A DNA stretch of 26,980 nucleotides from Oculatellaceae cyanobacterium bins.114. GTDB lineage: Bacteria > Cyanobacteriota > Cyanobacteriia > Elainellales > Elainellaceae. The notes under the pieces are model-generated. The model worked only from the letters and a program-made list of their open reading frames with translations, was not told where the DNA came from and ran no database searches. The position numbers and the translations under genes were made by a program. This document shows, piece after piece, positions 8,918-17,964 of this stretch. Each line of letters opens with the position of its first letter. Positions within the stretch are counted from its first letter, which is position 1. The DNA lies in the NCBI GenBank assembly GCA_033764315.1, contig JANRJA010000008.1, positions 1 through 26,980 on the forward strand. The letters run 5' to 3'.

Positions 8918-11116
8918 ATGGTACTTGTACAACCATCCAATCCTGCCACCACAATTTCACCCCAATCGCTATCACCCGATCACCTTTGGCAGGAACGATA
9001 TCAAATCATCAAGCCCTTGGGTCAAGGAGGATTTGGTGCAACTTATCTGGCAATTGATACGCACCATGCCGACCAAGCTCAGTGTGTGATTAAACAGCTC
9101 AAACCCTTCACTGAGAGTGGGTTTAGCAGCGCAGACGAGACTCAACGACGATTTCAGCGGGAAGTGAATGCTCTGAAACAACTTGGACACCACGACCAGA
9201 TTCCGCAATTGCTTGATCATGTGGAAGTCAACGGTGAACTGTATTTGGTGCAGGAGTTTATTGCAGGGCGATCGCTGGAGCAAGAACTGACCTTAAACAC
9301 CGACAACACTGACCCGTCTTGTTGGAGTGAACCGCAGGTCATTCAACTGCTGCAAGACGTGTCGCAGGTCTTGGCATTTGTTCACAGCCAGGGCATGATT
9401 CACCGCGATATCAAGCCCAGCAATTTGATGCGTCGCCAACTCGACCATCGGTTTGTTCTGATTGATTTTGGGGCGATCGCGCCCATTCACCCTAGTGCAG
9501 ATCTGGCACCCGACCAACCCAGTGTGACTCTGGCAATTCACACGGAGGGCTATACCCCCATCGAGCAGTTGCGCGGCAAACCCTGCCCCGCCAGTGACTT
9601 CTACGCGTTGGGAATGGTAGCCATTCAAGCGTTGACCGGGTTGCATCCTAGAGAGTTTGAAGAAACTCTGTCACTCAAAGACATCACCTGGTTTCAAACC
9701 GCACAAGTCAGTGCTGGACTGATTGCCGTTCTGGTGACGATGACTCGCCGCTGTTGGAGCGATCGCTATCAAACAGCTGAAAAGGTTTTGCAAGACCTTC
9801 AGGATTTAGTCGGTTGTTCCCTCGCTGGAGTCCCTGATTCGCTATCTCTGCTAACTCAGCAGGCTACACCGACAACACATGCAGGAGCAGCGATTGAATA
9901 TACCCCCACCCAAGTCACGACTCCTACCCCTGCCGAAACTCCCCCCTCTGCCTCTCCACTGCCCTCTCCGCTGCCCCCCACTGACTTCCATTTGACTGGC
10001 ACTCACAGTCGAAGCCCCGTACCCCCTGCCGACTCCCCTCCTTCCCCACTTCTTCTCGCTAAAAACCGTTGGAAGCGGTTATTTACTCCTCGGCTGTGTT
10101 CTCTGTTAATGGGCGTTGGACTGATCTCAATGGGTGCCTGCATCTTGGTTGGGTTAATTGCAGGATGGCAGGTAGGAGAAGGGCGATCGCCGCAAGAATC
10201 TGTAGAAGCCAGCCCCCTGCCGATCAAGTTTTTACTCACCACCCTGACGGCAAAGGCGGCTGTTCGATCGATCGCTTTTGATGCGGCTGATCAGACACTG
10301 GTAGGTGGATTAGCAGACCATACAACCGTTCGCTGGGACATCGCTCTGGCACAACCGATTCAGACTTTTACCAGTCACTTTAGTCCAGTCACAGTGGTAG
10401 TAGTTAGCCCAGAGGGGCAACTGCTGGCGACGGGAGGTGAAGACACCAACATTACGTTGTGGAATCTTCAGACGGGTGAACTGTTGCACACCTTAAGGGG
10501 ACATTGCTGGTCGATCTTATCTCTGGCCTTGAGTCCGGATGCGCACACGTTAGTCAGCAGTAGCGACGACCATACAGTGCGGTTTTGGGATGTCACGACC
10601 GGAAAGTTACTACACACCCTGACAGACTTTCAGGAACCGTTTCTGTCGATGGATATCAGTCTGGATGGCTCAATGTTGGTGGGAGGTAGTGCCAACAATA
10701 CGATTACGGTTTGGAATGCTCATACCCAAGCGGTATTACGAACGTTGAGAGGGCATTCTGACCAGGTGAACTCGGTTGCCATTAGTGCTAATGGGGCGGT
10801 GTTGGTAAGCGGTAGTGCAGACCATACTGTGAAAGTTTGGAACCTCTACACCGGGGAGATGCTACACAGCCTGACCGGGCATCGCGATACCGTTAACGCG
10901 GTTGCTATTAGCCCGAATGGTCGTTTTTTGGTCAGTGGGAGTGCCGATCAAACGATCAAAATTTGGGATCTCTACAGCGGAGAGTTGATCGACACATTAC
11001 GCGATCGCACCACTGAAATTTCTGCGATCGCCATCAGTCCTGACGGCAAAACGCTGGCCAGCGCAGGGTTAGATGGCACTGTCAAAATTTGGCAAATGCC
11101 CAACTCAGAGGTATAA
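8918..11116 (+). CDS. Hanks-type Ser/Thr protein kinase with a Pro-rich linker, one TM helix and a WD40 beta-propeller
   Basis: Kinase motifs GQGGFG, VIK, HRDIKPSN, DFG, GYTPIEQ and SDFYALG. Pro/Ser/Thr-rich linker. TM segment LLMGVGLISMGACILVGLIAGW. About seven GH...WD/WN repeats. Confidence 0.95.
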   Translation: MVLVQPSNPATTISPQSLSPDHLWQERYQIIKPLGQGGFGATYLAIDTHHADQAQCVIKQLKPFTESGFSSADETQRRFQREVNALKQLGHHDQIPQLLDHVEVNGELYLVQEFIAGRSLEQELTLNTDNTDPSCWSEPQVIQLLQDVSQVLAFVHSQGMIHRDIKPSNLMRRQLDHRFVLIDFGAIAPIHPSADLAPDQPSVTLAIHTEGYTPIEQLRGKPCPASDFYALGMVAIQALTGLHPREFEETLSLKDITWFQTAQVSAGLIAVLVTMTRRCWSDRYQTAEKVLQDLQDLVGCSLAGVPDSLSLLTQQATPTTHAGAAIEYTPTQVTTPTPAETPPSASPLPSPLPPTDFHLTGTHSRSPVPPADSPPSPLLLAKNRWKRLFTPRLCSLLMGVGLISMGACILVGLIAGWQVGEGRSPQESVEASPLPIKFLLTTLTAKAAVRSIAFDAADQTLVGGLADHTTVRWDIALAQPIQTFTSHFSPVTVVVVSPEGQLLATGGEDTNITLWNLQTGELLHTLRGHCWSILSLALSPDAHTLVSSSDDHTVRFWDVTTGKLLHTLTDFQEPFLSMDISLDGSMLVGGSANNTITVWNAHTQAVLRTLRGHSDQVNSVAISANGAVLVSGSADHTVKVWNLYTGEMLHSLTGHRDTVNAVAISPNGRFLVSGSADQTIKIWDLYSGELIDTLRDRTTEISAIAISPDGKTLASAGLDGTVKIWQMPNSEV

Positions 11117-11119
11117 ATC

Positions 11120-13342
11120 ATGGTTGTCAAAGCCGATAAACTAGCACAAACGATCGCTGAACTCCAGTCCACTATTACCGCTCATTCCCAAACTGACGCT
11201 CGATTTCAACCCATTGGGCGATCGCTTGAAACGACTGCAACCATTCTCAAAACAGGAAAGTTATCGCTTCACATCATCAGCCACTATGCTGAGGCCGCCC
11301 AGATCTTGTTGCGGTTTCTGCGAGCGTCTCAAACCCTCACTGAGAAGTACTACATCACGGTGGCAGCAGTTCCCCAGGAATGGTCTGTCCCCGTTGAATC
11401 AGACCTTACTAACATCTTGCTGCTTCCCATCTCAGCCGATCAGCAACATGAGTTTCACCTGACCGCCACTCAGCCTTTGGCGATCGGGCGGCATCCTAAA
11501 TGTCAGGTCTTTATTCCTGACCCCTACCTGCTGGTGTCTGGTCATCATGCCGATCTGCAACCGACCTCTGACGCAGTCACTCCAGGCTGGCAAATCTGCG
11601 ATCGCAGTCGCAATGGCACCTTTGTCAATGGACACCGAATCGAAGATTGGCAGACCTTAGAAGATGGCGATCAGATTACATTGGGGAGTCCGTTTCCGAC
11701 AGAGACATGCCCAACTTTGATCTTTGAATCCCACCGCATGGAAGCAGAATATCCTTCCTCTCATGCAGTGCTGGACTGTGATGTTGTGTGTTTTGTCTTT
11801 GATGCAGAGCGATCGCTTTCCAACGATGAAAAAAACCTCTTAGAACAAGCCAGTCAGGTTCCTCTAATTAAATGGATGGCGATCGCAATGAACGGCGATG
11901 CTCCTATCTCCAATGAAGCGGATTGGGTTATCCCAATCGGTGTCACTGATCTGCGATCGCGCCTGCATCCGTCAACGCACCCCCTCTCGGTAGAGGAATG
12001 GTCGCTGTCTTTACAGACCGATCCAGTGGCGGCACACAGCAAGCCAGACCAAAGTAAATTAGAGGTTGCAAAGCGACATCCAGACAAGCAATTAGAGAAG
12101 TTAATTAAATCACTCGAATCACTTGTCAGACGCAAGCCCGAAGATCTATTAGCCAAACGCTTGGCTCTTCAAGTGGCACACCAGTCAGAGGCGATCGAGG
12201 CTCTCCTCAAGGGTCAGGCAAAACGACTGCACATTGAGCAAACTTGGGATCAATTGAGGCTTAACTCGTCTCACGCCGATGCACCTCAAACTATTCTAGA
12301 GACTCGCTTAAAACCCATTGAGGATGATTTGCTATCGCTCTTTAAACAGATGAGAGAGCGGTTGCCCCAGGCCAAAAGTCGATTGCTCGATGATTATTTA
12401 GAATCCAGCATTCTTAACCGGATTCAACAGTTTGTGCACCGCCTTCAAGCCTGTGTGGTACAGCAGCACGGCAAGAAACTGCTGCAACTCAAACCACCCG
12501 CATCTACAGCAATGTCTGCCATGCCTAAACGAGCCAAAATTAGGCGCAGAAAATCTCGGCTGGTTGTCTTTCAAACTAGGTCTCAAGTTCAAAGAGAGAT
12601 GGCTGCCCCCCCGCCTGACAACGATGCCAATACGGCATTAATCTGCTTTTGTCGGAACGAGTTAACTCAGTGGGCAGATCAGGAGTGGAGAGAGTTTCTG
12701 ATGGGCAATGACATAAAGAACACAAAGGGAGCCGTAGACCTGCTAGAAGATCTCCGAGCCGTCTTAACTTCTCACGGAGAATCTCTGGACGATCTCTCGT
12801 TGCAAATTACCTCACCTGACTACACTCCTGTCTTTGACGAAATATTCACCAAACCACTCGATAGTACGCGCTATCAAGAACCTCATCCATTTTTTCACAT
12901 CCTTAAAAAAGTCAGAAACCAGTGGATGCAATTTCTCTTTATGTTCAGTTTTCTCAGCGTTTTGGGTATTGCAGGACGTAAGCAAATCATGCAACATTTG
13001 ACTGCCCCAATCGCAGTAGCCTTTCATGCTGCTCCCTGGATAGCTAGTGTAGTCACAGGTGGGGTACTGTTGTTTGTGATCAAGCTGTTGATGCAGTGGT
13101 ATCGCGACGATCGCGACACCGAACGTGAGGAGGAAGCGAAAAAGCTACGACAGGGACTAACCACGCATTACCAAGCTTTGGTTAAAAACCGCCTGACAGA
13201 CAAAATTGTTCAGCGGCTGATCGTTGCTTTAGACACCGAAGAACAAAAGCTAAGGGAACTGCTTCAGTCTCTCAAACCCACCCCAAAAGGTTCTGTGGCA
13301 AAAATAGGTCAAGGGCAAGGTGGGAAAATCTTTAACTCTTAG
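11120..13342 (+). CDS. FHA-domain protein with a helical C-terminal region and two hydrophobic segments; possible degenerate dynamin-like fold
   Basis: FHA motifs IGRH, VSGHHA, SRNGTFVNG and LEDGDQITLG are intact. Hydrophobic segments FLFMFSFLSVLGIAG and WIASVVTGGVLLFVIKLLM. Starts 3 nt after the kinase stop. Confidence 0.85.
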   Translation: MVVKADKLAQTIAELQSTITAHSQTDARFQPIGRSLETTATILKTGKLSLHIISHYAEAAQILLRFLRASQTLTEKYYITVAAVPQEWSVPVESDLTNILLLPISADQQHEFHLTATQPLAIGRHPKCQVFIPDPYLLVSGHHADLQPTSDAVTPGWQICDRSRNGTFVNGHRIEDWQTLEDGDQITLGSPFPTETCPTLIFESHRMEAEYPSSHAVLDCDVVCFVFDAERSLSNDEKNLLEQASQVPLIKWMAIAMNGDAPISNEADWVIPIGVTDLRSRLHPSTHPLSVEEWSLSLQTDPVAAHSKPDQSKLEVAKRHPDKQLEKLIKSLESLVRRKPEDLLAKRLALQVAHQSEAIEALLKGQAKRLHIEQTWDQLRLNSSHADAPQTILETRLKPIEDDLLSLFKQMRERLPQAKSRLLDDYLESSILNRIQQFVHRLQACVVQQHGKKLLQLKPPASTAMSAMPKRAKIRRRKSRLVVFQTRSQVQREMAAPPPDNDANTALICFCRNELTQWADQEWREFLMGNDIKNTKGAVDLLEDLRAVLTSHGESLDDLSLQITSPDYTPVFDEIFTKPLDSTRYQEPHPFFHILKKVRNQWMQFLFMFSFLSVLGIAGRKQIMQHLTAPIAVAFHAAPWIASVVTGGVLLFVIKLLMQWYRDDRDTEREEEAKKLRQGLTTHYQALVKNRLTDKIVQRLIVALDTEEQKLRELLQSLKPTPKGSVAKIGQGQGGKIFNS

Positions 13343-13601
13343 ATCTGGCTTTTCTCTGTCTATGCCATGTCCGTTTAAATGGCAGCAGTCCTCATAGCAG
13401 AGCAATGTACTCAATCAAGTTAGCTACCAAAGGTAGAGGGGTTTCCTGCCTAAAGGTAGACCCATGTTTAGCAGATAAGGATTATGTTAAAAGCATTGAT
13501 TTAAACAGCACCGCAAAAACTCAACAAATAGTGGTCTGTTGGTCAAAACATTAAGCCTTGAGTTAGATTAACTCAGGGCTTTAGGTATCTCAGGGGCGAT
13601 C

Positions 13602-14012
13602 GTGTTGCGGCAATCCGGTGTTATTCCCTATCGATTTCATAACGAACAAATAGAGGTTCTGTTGGTGACATCGTCACGCAGTCAGCAATGGACAATTCCC
13701 AAAGGGTGGATTGAGGTGGGCATGTCTGCGGATCAGTCTGCGGCTAAAGAAGCTTGGGAAGAGGCTGGAGTAGTTGGAAGAGTGACGGTTCCAGCGATCG
13801 GCTCTTACAAAGTTCGCAAGTTAGGCGTTACCTGTGTAGTCCAGGTTTTTTTGATGCTGGTTCAGACTGAGCAAGTCGATTACCCTGAGGCAAAGCAACG
13901 GCAACGGCAATGGGTGAGTGTTGCGGAGGCAATTCATCAGGTACATCGAGGCAAGCTAAAGCAATTGCTGAAACAGGTGCAACGGCAAGAACAGGACTTA
14001 GGCATTTTCTAA
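13602..14012 (+). CDS. NUDIX hydrolase (Ap6A/diphosphoinositol polyphosphate hydrolase-like)
   Basis: QSGVIPYR...VLLVTS...WTIPKG and Nudix box GWIEVGMSADQSAAKEAWEEAGV. Confidence 0.92.
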   Translation: MLRQSGVIPYRFHNEQIEVLLVTSSRSQQWTIPKGWIEVGMSADQSAAKEAWEEAGVVGRVTVPAIGSYKVRKLGVTCVVQVFLMLVQTEQVDYPEAKQRQRQWVSVAEAIHQVHRGKLKQLLKQVQRQEQDLGIF

Positions 14013-14062
14013 TAACAAAATCGCCCGCTGGCTTCGACTTCGCTCAGCTAGCTTGTACCTTA

Positions 14063-14173
14063 GTACAACTCGTCGTAAATAGGGGTGGGAATTTGGGGTG
14101 CAGGGGTGAAACCCCTGGCTGGGGCCACACCCCCTTGGTTTTATTTCCGAACCCTATCTGTGAAAAGCAGTAC
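14063..14173. mobile_element. MITE-like dispersed element (111 bp) with imperfect terminal inverted repeats and a TTA direct repeat on both flanks
   Basis: Left end GTACAACTCGTCGTAAATAGGG; right end (reverse complement) GTACTGCTTTTCACAGATAGGG. TTA at 14060-14062 and 14174-14176. Internal hairpin CAGGGGTGAAACCCCTG. Confidence 0.6.
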
Positions 14174-15283
14174 TTAGGACAGGGATAACGTGATTTGGTT
14201 GTCAATGAGATGCGGGTTGCCTGCCGTATCAATGGCACTAAAGGCTCTTAAATAACGGCGAACAGGGTCTGGAAAGTGTGAAAAATCAAATAAAGCATCG
14301 CCACCGGCAATATCTGCCCAAAAATATCGCAAATCGGGAGCAAGACTCTCAGCCTCTATGAGGGGCAGGTTTAATGGCGGTTGGCTCAAGAGCTTAAACA
14401 TGAAGTGAAAAGAGCGATCGCCCATCCATTCTCGTGAGAGGTGTTGCAAGTCTGGAAAGTCGGGCAGTGTCAAGACGCGATCAGACTCGACTTGAAGCCA
14501 CCGTTTGCCGTCATCATCCTGGTAAAAGTGCAAGATGCGGTAGGGATGCGGATAGCTCACCAGAGAACCTGTTGTAATCTCATAAATGCCCTGAGCATAG
14601 GCAATATCTTGCACATGCAAGTGCCCCGTAAAAATCAGAGGAACGTGGGCTGACCGCAATATATGCAGGAGTTTGTCAGCATTGCTGAGCATATACCGTT
14701 GCCCCATGCTGTGGCTTGACTGCCCCGGCAAATGCTCTAACACGTTGTGATGAATCATCACCACAATCAATTCTTCTTGAGCAGTGGCTAGGGTCTGCTC
14801 TAGCCAGATCAACTGTTCAATATCGAGATAGCCTGTCCCCAGTTGTTTGCCATCGGCATCAAAGGCGTTGGAGTTCAACCCAATCAACCGCACTCCTGGC
14901 ACAAGCTCATGGCTGTAATAGATCTGACGGGGATTGTCATAGCCCATTTTGGTGTAATAACTTGTAAAGTCACCTACCCCAATAGAGCGATCGCTAGGAT
15001 GCTGCGCGACCACATCATGATTACCGGGCACCACATAAACCGGGTAAGGCAGTTGAGCTAACCGATGGGCTAGCCACGCATGGTTATCAGGTTCACCGTG
15101 CTGAGTTAGATCTCCTGGCAACAGCAAAAAATCTAGATCTAGCGACTCCAGTTGGGCTAAGACTTGCTCCAATGCAGGAATGCTGACCTCGACCAGATGA
15201 AACCGCGTGGGATGATCCCAGATGGTATGAGGCAGAGCGATGTGAGGATCACTAATGATGGCGAAACGGAAGTCCAAGCGCAT
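14174..15283 (-). CDS. Calcineurin-like metallophosphoesterase
   Basis: Motifs SDPH, PGDLT, PGNHD, HHN and TGHLH. Confidence 0.93.
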   Translation of the reverse strand: MRLDFRFAIISDPHIALPHTIWDHPTRFHLVEVSIPALEQVLAQLESLDLDFLLLPGDLTQHGEPDNHAWLAHRLAQLPYPVYVVPGNHDVVAQHPSDRSIGVGDFTSYYTKMGYDNPRQIYYSHELVPGVRLIGLNSNAFDADGKQLGTGYLDIEQLIWLEQTLATAQEELIVVMIHHNVLEHLPGQSSHSMGQRYMLSNADKLLHILRSAHVPLIFTGHLHVQDIAYAQGIYEITTGSLVSYPHPYRILHFYQDDDGKRWLQVESDRVLTLPDFPDLQHLSREWMGDRSFHFMFKLLSQPPLNLPLIEAESLAPDLRYFWADIAGGDALFDFSHFPDPVRRYLRAFSAIDTAGNPHLIDNQITLSLS

Positions 15284-15368
15284 AGGCTGCGTTGAGTGAG
15301 TATACCTTCTATATTGTTTTCTATATTGTTATAGTTACAGGTTCGTTGTTTGATTGGGGAAAGTAGTT

Positions 15369-16010
15369 TTGGCGATCGTTCGTGTCCGTCAGCATGTCAA
15401 TCCACTCAGCCGGAAATATCAGCAACCAGCGGATCCCCCGGACTGGCAGAAGGTCTATGCTAACTCAAACCAGCCGTTACATCTCGATATTGGCTGCGGG
15501 CGAGGCATATTTTTGTTGGAAATGGCGCAGCAACAGCCCCAATGGAATTTTTTGGGCCTAGAAATTAGAGAACCATTGGTCGATCAAGCAAATCTTTGGC
15601 GCAACGAGTCAGGGCTAACCAACCTGCACTACATTTTTTGCAATGTCAACAACTCCTTGCCCTCGCTCTTAGGATCACTCAAACCAGGGCAGTTGCGGTA
15701 TGTCTCAATTCAGTTTCCAGACCCCTGGTTTAAAAAGCGACAACACAAGCGACGAGTGGTGCAGCCAGAAATGGTGGATTGTTTAGCACAATATTTAGCC
15801 CCAGGTGGGACGGTGCTCTTGCAGTCAGATGTCAAAGAGGTAGCTGTCGAAATGCGCGATCGCTTCCTGGCTCACTCAGCGTTTATCAAACAAGGTACAG
15901 AGGAATGGTTAGACGTCAATCCCTTGCCTGTTGCCACTGAACGAGAACAATCAACGCTCTCACGAGGAGAACCGGTCTATCGAGTCATGTTTGTAAGATA
16001 TGTGTCTTAA
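15369..16010 (+). CDS. trmB: tRNA (guanine-N7)-methyltransferase
   Basis: RVRQHVNPL, LDIGCGRG, GLEIREPLV, FPDPWFKKRQHKRRVVQ, QSDV and TERE. Probable start TTG 15369; the track start is 15354. Confidence 0.96.
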   Translation: MAIVRVRQHVNPLSRKYQQPADPPDWQKVYANSNQPLHLDIGCGRGIFLLEMAQQQPQWNFLGLEIREPLVDQANLWRNESGLTNLHYIFCNVNNSLPSLLGSLKPGQLRYVSIQFPDPWFKKRQHKRRVVQPEMVDCLAQYLAPGGTVLLQSDVKEVAVEMRDRFLAHSAFIKQGTEEWLDVNPLPVATEREQSTLSRGEPVYRVMFVRYVS

Positions 16011-17581
16011 ACCCAGGTAGGAAACCACATTCGCAACTGAAACTGAGTCGGAGATAATGGCAGCCCCAAATAAATAGGTAGCCAAAACAAAAATGCTGCC
16101 ACAACTAAAAAAATTAAAGTAATGCTGGTGCCCTGTTTCCATCGTTGCGGTTGATGTAACCACCGATCGCACAAAAACGCGATCGCTAACAATGCAAACA
16201 TCGATGATGCCATGTAGTGATAAATAAAGGTGCAACGACTAATCTTGATCCACGGCAAGAGATTAGCTGCCCAACTAAGCACCCAATAGAACATCAGCCA
16301 AGTAGTTGCATCTGGGGTAAAAAGAGGGCGATGATCGTGTGGAGAAGCCGACTGCACATTGCTCTTAGCAGCTCGATTTGCCACGATTACTCTGCCCCAA
16401 CTCCAAACTTGCTGAATGGTGACTCCAACCATCAACAATATAGCGGTGCTCGAAAACCACCACAAAAATGGGTTGCCCATAGCATGCACGTCATATATGA
16501 CAGCGACTTGAGCCTGAGGCAAGGTAGTCGCGGTTAGGGGAACTGGGTCATAGATGCTGCGAGCCGTTTGATAAAAGTAGGCAACTGGACGCACCATATA
16601 TAGCCAGCTATACCAGGGAGAGCAATAGGGATGGGCATCCATGCCTCCCACTCGCGAGTGATAGTCAATGATCTGAAGCTGCCATTGCCAAAAACTGGTG
16701 CTGGGGTCGATTTGAATGTAGGGAATCCAACTGACGTAGTAAGTGACAGCCGGAACTAGAGCCAACCCAAACAAAATGTGCCCAATGTGCAGTTGGGTCA
16801 AGTTCTCTAAGGGGTTAGAGGAGTTGCGTAGCACATCCCCACGGGAGGATCGCCCTTGGGGGCTTGCCCGTTGTACCCCCCGCAACAACCACGCCAAACC
16901 CCAGATCAAATAAAACCCTAATAAGAAGCCCAAACCATTCCACTTAATGCCAACCGATGCCCCAAACCCAACCCCTGCTAACGTCAGGTAGATCATCACC
17001 CAGAGGGAATCTGAACGACTTCTGGCGAGTGTTTGCTGAAGGGGCGATCGCGCTTTGTGGTTAACGGCCATCAACACAAACAAATGCCCCAATAGCCCGA
17101 ACAGCAACAAATAAACATTGTTGAGAGCATAGCGAGATTCTACTAGGATCATGCCTTCTAACGTGGCAAAGAGTCCAGCAATGAGGGTAAAACTGCGACG
17201 ATGGGTAAGTTGATAGGCGATCGCCGCTATCACCAGAGGAATGAAGGCTCCAACAAAGGCATTCATCCAGCGATAACTAAACGTTGTCAGCATCATGCCT
17301 GCCAGGTCATTGCTGTCGGCAGGGTTGCCCCAGCCAAAGCGTTGAGCGATCGCGATGCTAGCAGCAATGATGTAATCACTGAGGGGTGGATGTCCGCCAA
17401 ACTCTTGTCGATGTTGCAAAAAAGCGGTTGCAAATTTGGCGTAATACACCTCATCAAACACCAGGGTATTAAAACGACTTAACCCCCAAAACCGCAGGGC
17501 GATCGCCACCAAAAACAGGACTGCTATGCTGACCCAAAACCAAGGAGTCAGGCGACTATCGTGCTTGGGATAAAGGCTCAT
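16007..17581 (-). CDS. PMT/GT39-like phospholipid-carrier-dependent glycosyltransferase (protein O-mannosyltransferase-like)
   Basis: LVFDEVYYA, HPPL, VESRYALNN, IKWNG, HPYCSPWYSW, AMGNP and FIYHYM, with multiple TM helices. Confidence 0.9.
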   Translation of the reverse strand: MSLYPKHDSRLTPWFWVSIAVLFLVAIALRFWGLSRFNTLVFDEVYYAKFATAFLQHRQEFGGHPPLSDYIIAASIAIAQRFGWGNPADSNDLAGMMLTTFSYRWMNAFVGAFIPLVIAAIAYQLTHRRSFTLIAGLFATLEGMILVESRYALNNVYLLLFGLLGHLFVLMAVNHKARSPLQQTLARSRSDSLWVMIYLTLAGVGFGASVGIKWNGLGFLLGFYLIWGLAWLLRGVQRASPQGRSSRGDVLRNSSNPLENLTQLHIGHILFGLALVPAVTYYVSWIPYIQIDPSTSFWQWQLQIIDYHSRVGGMDAHPYCSPWYSWLYMVRPVAYFYQTARSIYDPVPLTATTLPQAQVAVIYDVHAMGNPFLWWFSSTAILLMVGVTIQQVWSWGRVIVANRAAKSNVQSASPHDHRPLFTPDATTWLMFYWVLSWAANLLPWIKISRCTFIYHYMASSMFALLAIAFLCDRWLHQPQRWKQGTSITLIFLVVAAFLFWLPIYLGLPLSPTQFQLRMWFPTWV

Positions 17582-17964
17582 GAAGCAGAAGACACAAACT
17601 GAATCCTTTCTACCCTAGTGCATCTCGTCCCAAAATCTGCACCTGTTTTGGGGACAAATTGTTGGTCAGCCGCCACACCGCTTAGAGCACTCGGCTTGAA
17701 GGGATGTGAACATAGCAGCCACCCCTCTATCATTTCCATTTCCTAATCTGGCTGATCTCTACGGAGACATAGATCTGTGGGAGGGGCGATCGCCCAACCG
17801 GGAGAGGAACCCTGCTGCTCAGGGAGGGTGAGTCTCAACTTGCGATAGAGGGTGAGGAGCCGGATTGTACGCTAACTTTGCGTATAAGTAAATGATGTGT
17901 TGCGAAAATACATAATTTATTTTGCTCCTATATCTTTACACTCATCAACCCCTCTGGATGGTCC

